Source of the DNA: an uncultured Gammaproteobacteria bacterium
GTDB taxonomy: Bacteria > Pseudomonadota > Gammaproteobacteria > JAURND01
Assembly (NCBI GenBank): GCA_963714975.1
Contig: CAVQQD010000002.1
Coordinates: 864,001 to 928,000 of the forward strand
Length of the DNA: 64,000 bases
Reading direction: 5' to 3'
The stretch's first letter is position 1; each line of letters begins with the position of its first letter. The position numbers and the translations under genes were made by a program. A model generated the notes under the pieces. That model was not told the DNA's origin. It was given only the letters and a program-made list of their open reading frames with translations, and did not search any database. Shown one piece after another: positions 19,656 to 28,740 of this stretch.

Positions 19656-20945
19656 ATGAAAAAAATGACACTAATAGCCAGTTTGGCAGGGAACACTTTG
19701 GAATGGTACGATTACCTGCTTTATGCCTATTTTGCTTCGATATTGGCTCCTCTCTTTTTCCCGTCAGCCGATCCTCGTGTCTCCCTACTCCTGACTTTTG
19801 CTGCCTTTGCCGTTGGCTTTTTTGCCCGGCCCTTAGGAGCTATCGTGCTGGGTCATATTGGAGATACTTATGGGAGAAAAACCACCCTGCTCATCTCAAT
19901 GTCTTTAATTACCATTGCTACGATTGGTATTGGTTTATTACCTACTTATCAGGCTATTGGTGCTGCTGCTCCCATTATCCTCACGTTAATTCGCTGTATT
20001 CAAGGTTTTGCGGTAGCTGGAGAAATTGGTACGGCTGCTTCATTTTTGGTAGAACAAGCCCCAGCAAAGCGCCGCGGTATCGCAGGTAGTTCTGTGCTCT
20101 GTACGGCCTATATTGGTATTTTGTTAGGCGCTTTGATTGCAGAAGTAACCACTTTAATTATTCCCACGGATATTCTTCATACCTGGGGATGGAGGATTCC
20201 TTTCTTATTAGCGGCTCCTTGGGGTATTATCGGTATTATTCTTCGTTTGCGGATTGTAGAATCCGATCATTTTAAAGCTGCTCAAAAGAAGCCGCGTAGT
20301 GGGGCTCCTATCAAATTACTGCTTTTCAAGTATCCACGTTTATTGTTATGTTGCATTGGGGTTATTATTGCCACAGCGGTAAATGAATACTTTTTAATTG
20401 CTTACTTTACCACTTACCTAACAGAACATGGCATACACTTAAGAGCAGCTATGCTCATCAACGTGGTCAGCCTCTTGTTCTTTTTATGTTCAGTTCCCTT
20501 TTTTGGTCATCTTTCAGACCTTTATGGCAGAAAAAAAATATTCTTATGTGGTACGGTTTCTTTATTAGTTGTGATGTTTCCGGTCTTTTGGCTTTTGTCG
20601 CAACAAGTGTTTTTCCTCGCCTTAGTGGGGGAAATTATCTTCGCTCTCGCTCTTGGCAGTATTGCTAGCGTGATTTTTACTATCGTGGCGGAAAATTTTG
20701 CAACTGAAATCCGTAATACTGCAGTCACTTTTGCTTATAATATGACTTTTGCCATCTTTGGTGGCACTGCCCCATTTATGGCAGTTTTCTTGGTTCACCT
20801 CACAGGACTGAGTATTGCTCCTGCATTCTATGCTGCAGCCGGTGTCATTGTAGCAATCGCTGCAGTGCTGAGTCTAAAAGAAACTTATAAGCAACCTTTG
20901 AAGTCTGCAGATTCTCTTTCTTCCCCCCAGGGGGAAAAGGGATAG
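19656..20945 (+). CDS. MFS transporter, MHS (ProP-like) family
   Basis: GNTLEWYDY, ARPLGAIVLGHIGDTYGRK, WGWRIPF, FGGTAP. Confidence 0.92.
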   Translation: MKKMTLIASLAGNTLEWYDYLLYAYFASILAPLFFPSADPRVSLLLTFAAFAVGFFARPLGAIVLGHIGDTYGRKTTLLISMSLITIATIGIGLLPTYQAIGAAAPIILTLIRCIQGFAVAGEIGTAASFLVEQAPAKRRGIAGSSVLCTAYIGILLGALIAEVTTLIIPTDILHTWGWRIPFLLAAPWGIIGIILRLRIVESDHFKAAQKKPRSGAPIKLLLFKYPRLLLCCIGVIIATAVNEYFLIAYFTTYLTEHGIHLRAAMLINVVSLLFFLCSVPFFGHLSDLYGRKKIFLCGTVSLLVVMFPVFWLLSQQVFFLALVGEIIFALALGSIASVIFTIVAENFATEIRNTAVTFAYNMTFAIFGGTAPFMAVFLVHLTGLSIAPAFYAAAGVIVAIAAVLSLKETYKQPLKSADSLSSPQGEKG

Positions 20946-20953
20946 TGGCCTTT

Positions 20954-21517
20954 TTATTTCATAGGCTGCTGCAATAAAGAATTAATTGCTACTCCGGAGG
21001 GATATTGATCTGAGGGCATCCTGACTATTTGTAAGGTTATCAAGTAATTTTCTTCTTGAGTAATGGTTTTTTTGGGGTCGGCTGTTTCATAACGCGTGTA
21101 TAGTGGGACTTCAACAGTCCAACTATACCTACCACTGATCACCCCTTGATTCACGATTTTACTAGGTTTGGGCACTGTGGCTATGATAGTGAGCTGATGT
21201 TCAGTTAAGGTTTTAAGATTGCCCGAAGATTGCAGATGAGCGCTGTATTTTTTCCAAGCTCCTGGCGTTAGATATTTGGCGTTATCTGCCATGGTTTTTT
21301 TATAGTCTTTGTAACTGTAGCCAAAAATAGCTGTAGTCGCCCGATTTGCCCAATTGATAAGATCATTAGCTTGCACTTTGGGCTCGGATAGGTTTTCACT
21401 GGACGCAGGAGCAGTTTGAGGGGCTTGGTCTGTCACCGTTTGATTGACGGAGGCTTTTTCTGCCATGCCCGTGATGGAGATTGTGCTCAATAAGGCTGCG
21501 AAAATTAACTGTTTCAT
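20954..21517 (-). CDS. DotI/IcmL family type IVB secretion protein paralogue
   Basis: WANRATTAIFGYSY, YLTPGAW..Y...LQSSGNL, GRYSWTVEVPL, GVAI. Confidence 0.8.
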   Translation of the reverse strand: MKQLIFAALLSTISITGMAEKASVNQTVTDQAPQTAPASSENLSEPKVQANDLINWANRATTAIFGYSYKDYKKTMADNAKYLTPGAWKKYSAHLQSSGNLKTLTEHQLTIIATVPKPSKIVNQGVISGRYSWTVEVPLYTRYETADPKKTITQEENYLITLQIVRMPSDQYPSGVAINSLLQQPMK

Positions 21518-21526
21518 AAATCCTCA

Positions 21527-22084
21527 CTAGAAAATGTAGTAATAATTAATCGAATAAATAGCAATGCCTTGTGGATTAATTCGGGTTGAAACACGAATAA
21601 TATTTAATGTTGTAATCATTCGCTCCTTTTTTACCACAGTTTCAGTGGCTGTGTCTTCATAAGTCACTTCAATGGGGACTTGGATTTTCCAACTATAACG
21701 ACCATATTCAGCTCCTTGACTGACGATGCGTCCATTATTCATTAAGTTAGCTGTGAGTTTCATCTTATTTTGTTTAATAATCTTTATATTTCCTGATTTT
21801 TGTAGGGCAGCTTTAAACTCTTTCCAGGCAATAGGGGTAAAATACAGGGAAGCCTCTTCTAAGAGTTGCTCATAATTGGTGTAATCGTAGGTAAAAATAT
21901 TGATAACAGCTTTATCCGCCCAGTTTAATATTTGAGCATCTGCTAGATTAGCTTGATCCAAGGGAATATTGTTGTTGAGAGGCACCCCCAGCGCACTAAA
22001 GGCAGTGATTAGGCAGACTAAAGCTATACTAAGGAACTTTAGTTTCTTGAAAATCTGAACCCGATCCAGCACTGTCACCGCCAT
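21527..22084 (-). CDS. DotI/IcmL family type IVB secretion protein paralogue
   Basis: WADKAVINIFTYDYTNY, YFTPIAW.EF..AL..SGN, GRYSWKIQVPI, RVSTRINPQGIAI. Confidence 0.85.
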   Translation of the reverse strand: MAVTVLDRVQIFKKLKFLSIALVCLITAFSALGVPLNNNIPLDQANLADAQILNWADKAVINIFTYDYTNYEQLLEEASLYFTPIAWKEFKAALQKSGNIKIIKQNKMKLTANLMNNGRIVSQGAEYGRYSWKIQVPIEVTYEDTATETVVKKERMITTLNIIRVSTRINPQGIAIYSINYYYIF

Positions 22085-22168
22085 GTAAAAACTTCTCCTT
22101 ATTTGCTTTGCTAATAATTATAGGCCAACATTCCCTCTCTCGCTTATGAGATGTCTATGGGGTGATGA

Positions 22169-23038
22169 CTAATGCATGACGACTTCTAATAATGGCCTTA
22201 ACTGCTCGACAATTTTTCCCGAAAGATCGATGCGATTGCTAGCATGAGGAATAGTATTGCAGGTGATAATCCGTTTCGCCCCAGCAATAAGCAAACTCTC
22301 ATAAGCATCCTGAACAAATAAGCCATGTATCACCAGACACACAGGTGGTTTTAATCCCATCGCTTCCAAACGTTGAACCGCTTTCAACATTTTCTTGCCA
22401 GAGGTAATCACATCATCCATTAATATGGGGGTATAAGATTGATAACTATAGATTTCCGAAAAACCAGCGGATGTTTTATAACGCCCAAGGGTATCTAAAT
22501 TAAAATAAGGCGCTTCGATGCTAGCGGCCACCTGCTTGATCCAATTCTGGGTTTTATGATGAAAACTAAGAATTAACGGCTTTTTTACCTTAGCTCCCAC
22601 CCATTCAGCCATCTCTTCTTCTACTGAAACAAGTTGGGTAGGAATGGTATAAATTTCTTTTAATGAGAGCTTTTGCCAATGCACATCTACGCTAATTACC
22701 CAGTCAACATATTCGGATAACAATGTGGCAAAATAACGACAGGAATTATTGTCGTTTTGAGTATAAGGCAAAAAGGGGGCAATCAAGCCAATTTTTTGTG
22801 CCCCTAAATCACGTAAGGTACGAACTAAAAATAGCAAAGGCAAAATTTTAAAATTGGGGTTGTAAAGACTTTCAAAGATTAAACACAAACGACCCCGGAT
22901 TTGTCCTTGGATCTTAATATAGGTTTCTTCATCAGCAGACTCATGTAAAATAACCGGTAATGAATCAGCATGAAGCTGCATTCTAAGATTATCCAGTAAT
23001 TCTCCTTCACTATATAAAGTAAGTAAAATAGGTTTCAT
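22169..23038 (-). CDS. Ribose-phosphate pyrophosphokinase-like protein, divergent
   Basis: EETYIKI, LRDLGAQKIGLIAPFLPY, MDDVITSG, HGLF, ITCNTIPH; several catalytic motifs eroded. Confidence 0.75.
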   Translation of the reverse strand: MKPILLTLYSEGELLDNLRMQLHADSLPVILHESADEETYIKIQGQIRGRLCLIFESLYNPNFKILPLLFLVRTLRDLGAQKIGLIAPFLPYTQNDNNSCRYFATLLSEYVDWVISVDVHWQKLSLKEIYTIPTQLVSVEEEMAEWVGAKVKKPLILSFHHKTQNWIKQVAASIEAPYFNLDTLGRYKTSAGFSEIYSYQSYTPILMDDVITSGKKMLKAVQRLEAMGLKPPVCLVIHGLFVQDAYESLLIAGAKRIITCNTIPHASNRIDLSGKIVEQLRPLLEVVMH

Positions 23039-23069
23039 AGGTAGCCCCAAAGTCGTCGCTGCATACCTA

Positions 23070-23163
23070 GTCGTCATCCCTGCATGGAAGCAGGGATCTA
23101 GGGCGCAGGAAGCGAAACTTTCACGTCCCTATGATCTGGATCTCGGCATCATGCCGAGACGAC
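23070..23163. repeat. Family-C composite palindromic element
   Basis: gtcgtc...gacgac termini with internal hairpins atccctgc/gcagggat and tctcggcat/atgccgaga; related to 50351-50423. Confidence 0.7.
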
Positions 23164-23202
23164 ATTTGTTTTTAGCAAATTATACCCTTAAAGGAGGCTT
23201 AA

Positions 23203-23886
23203 ATGCCAAAATATATCGACCTGACCCACACTCTCAGCGAATCCATCGGGGTATATCCCGGAAAAACCCCCTTTAAACGCAAGATTTATCAAATTGAAGA
23301 GCACCATGCCCGCATGGATGATATGGAATTATCGATGGGTATTGGCACGCATATCGACGCCCCCAGACATTTTTGCCCAGAGCTAGGTGGCGCAGATCAA
23401 TTAGAAATCTCCCATTTTTTTGCCCCGGGCTGTGTGATTAACCTTGCCGATCAAGTGCAAAATAATGCCGATTTTCTGGCGACTGCTGCTGATCTAGAAC
23501 ACTGGGAAAAAACGCAGCAAACCCAGATTCCAAAGGATAGCATATGTTTTATTTATACCGGTTGGTCGCAATACTGGCAGGAAGAAAAATTTTGTGCTGT
23601 GGACTCGCAGGGCAAGTGCCATTTTCCTGGAATTGATACCACAGCGGCTGAGTTACTGGTGAGTCGCGGGGTAATTGGAGTGGGGATTGATACGATGGGA
23701 ATTGATGCTGGGATTAGTGATACCTATCCCGTGCATAAGATTTTATTACCAAAAAAGATTTACATTCTAGAGAATGTCGCCAATTTAGAGCTTTTGCCTC
23801 CCCTGGGAGCTGCTATCTACGCCTTTCCCATGAAGATTGCCGATGCTCCTGAAGCCCCGGTGCGGCTGGTGGCTGTTTTGGCTTGA
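23203..23886 (+). CDS. Cyclase / kynurenine formamidase family metal-dependent hydrolase
   Basis: IDLTH, GTHIDAPRHF, FPG, GIDT, ILENVANL, APVRLVA. Confidence 0.88.
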   Translation: MPKYIDLTHTLSESIGVYPGKTPFKRKIYQIEEHHARMDDMELSMGIGTHIDAPRHFCPELGGADQLEISHFFAPGCVINLADQVQNNADFLATAADLEHWEKTQQTQIPKDSICFIYTGWSQYWQEEKFCAVDSQGKCHFPGIDTTAAELLVSRGVIGVGIDTMGIDAGISDTYPVHKILLPKKIYILENVANLELLPPLGAAIYAFPMKIADAPEAPVRLVAVLA

Positions 23887-23897
23887 ATCCGATTGGC

Positions 23898-24028
23898 TTA
23901 TCCTTCTCCCCTTGTGGGAGAAGGTGCCGAAGGCGGATGAGGGGTAAGCTTGAAATGGCTCAAAGCCAGGAAGGAACTCCCCCTCATCCGGCCTACGGCT
24001 ACCTTCTCCCACAAGGGGAGAAGGATAA
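23898..24028. repeat. Family-A REPIN/MITE-like element (paired inverted REP-like palindromes)
   Basis: Perfect terminal inverted repeat ttatccttctccccttgtgggagaaggt / accttctcccacaaggggagaaggataa. Confidence 0.85.
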
Positions 24029-24078
24029 TCTTACCCGCTCAATTCTACATAGAGATAGCGCCGGAAATTTTCTCAATC

Positions 24079-27000
24079 CTATACACTAGCAAGATTAGTA
24101 TTCAAGGATCCCCCTGTGGCGTTGCTGTCATCAGGAACTTCTGTGTTGTTGTTGCTGCCATTAACTTCTTCCGGAGTATCGGGGCGAGTGTCACTCCTAG
24201 AAAGATTAAGAGTCACTAAGTATTCTTCTTCCTCTGCTATTTCTTTGCTTGCTACCTTCCGCGCATCTTGGATTATTAAATCAACCTTTTTTTGTACCTT
24301 TTGTTGTAACTTACCCAACTGAGTGGAGTTATCAGTATTGCCTAAATATTCAATAAAATCACTAAGTGACCACTGGGTTGCGGTTGCTTTTATTTTCGCT
24401 TGCCTGGCAATTTCTGTCTCCCTGCGCTGTACAGCACTTAATAAGTTTGAATAAGGCCCCCCCGATACCTGCATGTCAAATGTATCAATACCTGGTTGCA
24501 AACCCAAAGTCATTGCGACTTGCTTAAAACCTTCCTTGCAGCAGTTAGTTGCCTCTGCTATCTCATGCTCATGCCAAGCCAGCACTGCCTGATTAACCTC
24601 ATCTGTAGCCTCCGCTAGATCTTCTGCAAAGCTAGAGCTATTATCAAGTCCTTGCACTGCTCTTGTTAGCAGTGTTTGCGCCGTTTTAACTTCAGCTTTA
24701 TAGTTTCTATCCTGGTTTAATGCCTGCATCAATGGCTCATTTTGCAGATATTCACACCACTGATCTGCAGTGCTATCACTATTAAGCCATTCTAAATGTC
24801 CAGTGCTATCAAGGTATACTGAAATTTCATCTTTATTAGGTTCTGCCTGGATGTCACTTAGACTACTATCATTTTCAAGCATCCGCGTAAATACTTGCTG
24901 ATCGATCTGCTCTACCTGATCTTTTCGCGCTTTTGCTGTCTCAGCTCGTTGTTGTAACTCTTGGTAGTTCGGGGTCAGCGCATAAATGTAAAAACTAAAT
25001 ACCAATGTCATCACAATCAATGTTAGCGACATGGCTAGAAGTTGCTTTGGGTCTAAATCTACAATGCGAAATTCTGACTTCAAAGCGGCAGGCACCATGA
25101 CACCCCCAGCAAAAGTCGTAGCCACTAGAGGTACTAGCAACCAAAGATACTTCCATCTCGGATTGCCAACCTCTTGTTGCTTATTTACATACTCCTGTTT
25201 GGAACAAAACCGCATTTGCGCCATCCTAATCCTTGCGCCATAAATTTCCATTGCTGCTTGAAGTTTTTGTCCCTGATCTGGGTCACGATAATCTAAATAT
25301 ATCCCCAAAAACTCCAGTTGATCATTCATATTGGCACAAAAGGGATTTAATTTGCCGAGATGATTCTCTCTCATCGTGGCATCATTACCCCCAGGGAGTG
25401 CGGCAGGATCTGAAAAAGTAAAGGAGGTTACTGGATAGGCTACCGATTTGGGAGGAATTTTTCGTGCCTCTTGCGTATCAGACTTTAATTCCTTTTCGTC
25501 CGCCTGATTTGTAGAAGACTCTTGAGATTCCCGTTGAGGGAGGCGTTTTAAGGCATCGACTTCACCTGAAAAAGAAAGCACATCGATGCCTAATTCTTTC
25601 CCTAAAGACACTGCCTGCGCTCGGAAGAATTCCATTGCCTTGAGATTCAGCCAATAACTTTCATAAGCCTTTTTACCCTGCTTAACTAATGGATAGTGAA
25701 CTGAACCCCATCTCTCTTCATAGTTAGGTTCAAGAGGTTGATTTGATGGTTCTAATGCAGGAAGTGTTTTAACTTTTATAAGCGTTTCTTGCAATTTACC
25801 ACTCGTTTCACCATGTATACTGTCCCGATACTGTTGAGTTACATCACCCCAAAATTCTAAGTGAGGGAAGCTAATCGATTTAATAGCTGTAATATTCTTT
25901 TTATGAAGCCTAAGTTTTGCAAGGCCACGTAATATCCCTTGGTAGAGGGCGGGGGTATAAGCAGCATATAATTCTCCCTTCCTTTGTAAATCAGTAGCCG
26001 ACATAAAGTCACCCATACCGATGGCTCCTATTTTACAATGGGTTTTTTTACCATGAACCTTGGCTATAGTAGATGCATTAATAACTTCGGCAACCACCAT
26101 ATTTGCAATATGTTCAATATAGGGTTCGGTATCTACTGCCTCTTTATCCTCTCCTCGCTTATCTGAAAACATTTGATAACGACTGCCAGATAAATAGTGT
26201 TTATCATTATTTTCAAGATTATTTTCAAGCAATTGCTGAGTTTGGTATTCCTCCTGAGCTTTCGCAAAAGGAATAAGTTTACTCTCTCTCACAGGTAACC
26301 GCCGCCTTCTTAAAAAATCATCCAAAGCGCTTTGCCTCTCTGGGGCAAATTTCTTTTTGCTTTCGGTACCGGCATCATTGGTTTTCTGTTCTCGAATTTC
26401 AGATTCTATTTCCGATTTTGCTTCTTCTGCTTCGGGATAAATATGATAGAGATTTCCTGTGCCATCAAGCCGTTGATCGTGATGTTGTGGAGGTGATTGA
26501 TCAACTAAAAAACTTAGTTGGGGAGTTGGAAGTGGCCGTCCTCCTATATGCGTAGTCCACGCACTACCGGTGATCTGACAAAGCGAGACGAGATGCCTGA
26601 GTGCGCGCTGGATGACCGGACTTATACCATCGGCAATAGTCTCATCTGGCGAAGTTGGTTCCGATGCATTTTTGCTCTGATTACGAGTAATTAATTGCAA
26701 GTGCCAGAGCGTTACCTCTTTAAACTCCCTAGGATAGGTAATGTTTTTGATTGTACCGTCAGGCTGGGTAATCGCTATGGGTTTTCCTGCTAAGTGCGGA
26801 TGCAAAGCTTGCAAACCAATTCTGACTTCAGGAGGGGCAAAAATAAAGACCGTGGGATCCTGCGACATAGCGACATCGTTGGAATTCTGTTTAGCCCTTC
26901 TTGGCACTTGAACGGGTTGTGAGGTAATTGGGTCCGAAAAACTTGGAGCTCTTTGCTGCTCAAAGAGAGTTCTTTGGGTTGTCGGGTTCCAAAAAGGTGA

Positions 27001-27096
27001 ATTGGGGAGATTTCCTGTATTAAGTTTAGATTTGAGCTTGCTTTCATCTTTGCGTTCATTAGTGCCTGGTTCACCTTGTTCTTCAGCCATATCCAT
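24079..27096 (-). CDS. 1005-aa orphan protein, candidate Dot/Icm effector
   Basis: Long ORF, two TM helices, coiled coils, acidic block EEEEY near the C-terminus, PmrA-like box upstream. Confidence 0.7.
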   Translation of the reverse strand: MDMAEEQGEPGTNERKDESKLKSKLNTGNLPNSPFWNPTTQRTLFEQQRAPSFSDPITSQPVQVPRRAKQNSNDVAMSQDPTVFIFAPPEVRIGLQALHPHLAGKPIAITQPDGTIKNITYPREFKEVTLWHLQLITRNQSKNASEPTSPDETIADGISPVIQRALRHLVSLCQITGSAWTTHIGGRPLPTPQLSFLVDQSPPQHHDQRLDGTGNLYHIYPEAEEAKSEIESEIREQKTNDAGTESKKKFAPERQSALDDFLRRRRLPVRESKLIPFAKAQEEYQTQQLLENNLENNDKHYLSGSRYQMFSDKRGEDKEAVDTEPYIEHIANMVVAEVINASTIAKVHGKKTHCKIGAIGMGDFMSATDLQRKGELYAAYTPALYQGILRGLAKLRLHKKNITAIKSISFPHLEFWGDVTQQYRDSIHGETSGKLQETLIKVKTLPALEPSNQPLEPNYEERWGSVHYPLVKQGKKAYESYWLNLKAMEFFRAQAVSLGKELGIDVLSFSGEVDALKRLPQRESQESSTNQADEKELKSDTQEARKIPPKSVAYPVTSFTFSDPAALPGGNDATMRENHLGKLNPFCANMNDQLEFLGIYLDYRDPDQGQKLQAAMEIYGARIRMAQMRFCSKQEYVNKQQEVGNPRWKYLWLLVPLVATTFAGGVMVPAALKSEFRIVDLDPKQLLAMSLTLIVMTLVFSFYIYALTPNYQELQQRAETAKARKDQVEQIDQQVFTRMLENDSSLSDIQAEPNKDEISVYLDSTGHLEWLNSDSTADQWCEYLQNEPLMQALNQDRNYKAEVKTAQTLLTRAVQGLDNSSSFAEDLAEATDEVNQAVLAWHEHEIAEATNCCKEGFKQVAMTLGLQPGIDTFDMQVSGGPYSNLLSAVQRRETEIARQAKIKATATQWSLSDFIEYLGNTDNSTQLGKLQQKVQKKVDLIIQDARKVASKEIAEEEEYLVTLNLSRSDTRPDTPEEVNGSNNNTEVPDDSNATGGSLNTNLASV

Positions 27097-27131
27097 AATT
27101 TTTCCCCATTGTAGTAGCTTATAGTAGGAGC

Positions 27132-27164
27132 AGTTTAACTAGGTTTTCTTAACTGAATATTAAA
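27132..27164 (-). promoter_or_regulatory. PmrA-type box plus -10 element
   Basis: Minus strand tTTAA-ta-TT-ca-gTTAA, 11 nt, TAAACT. Confidence 0.65.
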
Positions 27165-27225
27165 TCTTCTGCAGGGTTGTTGAAAAATCTTTTCTCCCCC
27201 AACCGTTTTTGTTGGTGAAGGATAA

Positions 27226-28740
27226 TTAGTACGCCCGAGCGAAAATTACTTTTTTATCCGTCTGATTTCCAGAAAATAGGCACTTCCCTACTGTTTTATC
27301 GGAACTAAATGGCATACAACGGGTGGTTAGTTTGAGGTGTTTTAGGGTTTGCATAACTTCGGGATGTGATTCAACGTTAGGGTCAAAAAAGCCAATGGCA
27401 AACCCAACCGCAGTTTCTTTCTGAAATAACGCCTGCAATTCAGCAATGCTAGTAATCTCATGCGTATGTTGTTGGCGAAAAGTTACCACGCGTTGGTACA
27501 AGGCATTTTGAATTTCTTCCAATAGTAACGGCGCTTTGGCAATTAATTCCGCGCGACTCCACTGTATTTTTTCTTTCGCGGCTTGATCGCGTCGCGACAC
27601 GGTCAGCTGCCCTGCTTCAATTTCACGTCGGCCGATTTCTACACGCAAAGGAATGCCCTTTTTGACGGCGCCCCAAAACTTCTCCCCTGCCCGACGTCTG
27701 CTTTTATCAATGGTAACCCGCAGTAATTCTTTAGCATAATACAAACTCTGTAAATCAGCCGCTAGTTGCTCGCAAAAGCCAAGCACTTCGGCCCAATCTT
27801 GTTCCTGCATGGCCACGGGAATTAAAATAATTTGCGCTGGGGCAATGCGTGGCGGTAGCACCAAACCATCATCATCACTATGGGTCATAATCAAGGCGCC
27901 AATAATCCGGGTCGATAAGCCCCAGGAAGTAGTCCAGGCATATTGTAATTGTTGCTGTGGGTCGGAAAATTGAATCTGGTAAGCGCGAGAGAAATTTTGT
28001 CCTAAGAAATGCGAAGTTCCTGCTTGCAACGCTTTACCGTCTTGCATCATCGCTTCGATCGTATAGGTATTCACGGCGCCAGGGAAGCGTTCTGCCGGGG
28101 TTTTTTCGCCCTTCACTACCGGTATCGCTAAGTAATCTTGAGCCAATTGTTCATAAACATCCAGCATGGTGAAGGTCTCGGCGATGGCCTCCTCTTCGGT
28201 GGCATGGGCGGTGTGGCCTTCTTGCCATAAAAATTCCGAGGTGCGTAAAAATAATCGCGTGCGCATTTCCCAGCGCATGACATTACACCACTGATTAATT
28301 AATACTGGCAGATCATGATAGGACTGCACCCAGCTCGCCATCGCCGTGCCAATAATAGTTTCGCTGGTTGGCCGGATAATCAGCGGTTCAGCTAAGCTCG
28401 CTTCCGGCGAGGGAATTAGTTTCCCTTGAGCATCCGCCTCTAGGCGATAATGGGTGACGATCGCACATTCTTTTGCAAAACCTTCAACATGGGCCGCTTC
28501 TTTTTCTAGAAAACTTAAAGGAATTAATAGCGGAAAATAGACATTTTGGTGGCCAGTGGCTTTGATTTTTTGATCTAATTGCCCTTGAATACGCTCCCAA
28601 ATTGCATAGCCCCATGGTTTAATAATCATGCAGCCCCGCACTGGGGAATGTTCGGCTAAATCGGCACGTTTAATCACTTCTTGATACCAATCGGCAAAAT
28701 TTTCCTGGCGAGTGGGAGTGATGGCAGTTTTACTCGTCAT
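27226..28740 (-). CDS. proS: Proline--tRNA ligase, archaeal/eukaryotic type
   Basis: FADWYQEVI, IRPTSET, NQWCNVMRWEMRTRLFLRTSEFLWQEGHT, LQAGTSHFLGQNF, C-terminal FARAY. Confidence 0.95.
   Translation of the reverse strand: MTSKTAITPTRQENFADWYQEVIKRADLAEHSPVRGCMIIKPWGYAIWERIQGQLDQKIKATGHQNVYFPLLIPLSFLEKEAAHVEGFAKECAIVTHYRLEADAQGKLIPSPEASLAEPLIIRPTSETIIGTAMASWVQSYHDLPVLINQWCNVMRWEMRTRLFLRTSEFLWQEGHTAHATEEEAIAETFTMLDVYEQLAQDYLAIPVVKGEKTPAERFPGAVNTYTIEAMMQDGKALQAGTSHFLGQNFSRAYQIQFSDPQQQLQYAWTTSWGLSTRIIGALIMTHSDDDGLVLPPRIAPAQIILIPVAMQEQDWAEVLGFCEQLAADLQSLYYAKELLRVTIDKSRRRAGEKFWGAVKKGIPLRVEIGRREIEAGQLTVSRRDQAAKEKIQWSRAELIAKAPLLLEEIQNALYQRVVTFRQQHTHEITSIAELQALFQKETAVGFAIGFFDPNVESHPEVMQTLKHLKLTTRCMPFSSDKTVGKCLFSGNQTDKKVIFARAY

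Noticed and set aside
23785-24219. Short ORFs containing PSSAFGTFSHKGRR-like peptides (also at 37123-37260, 38349-38648 and 41332-41810)
   Set aside because: They are translations of the palindromic repeats, not independent genes.
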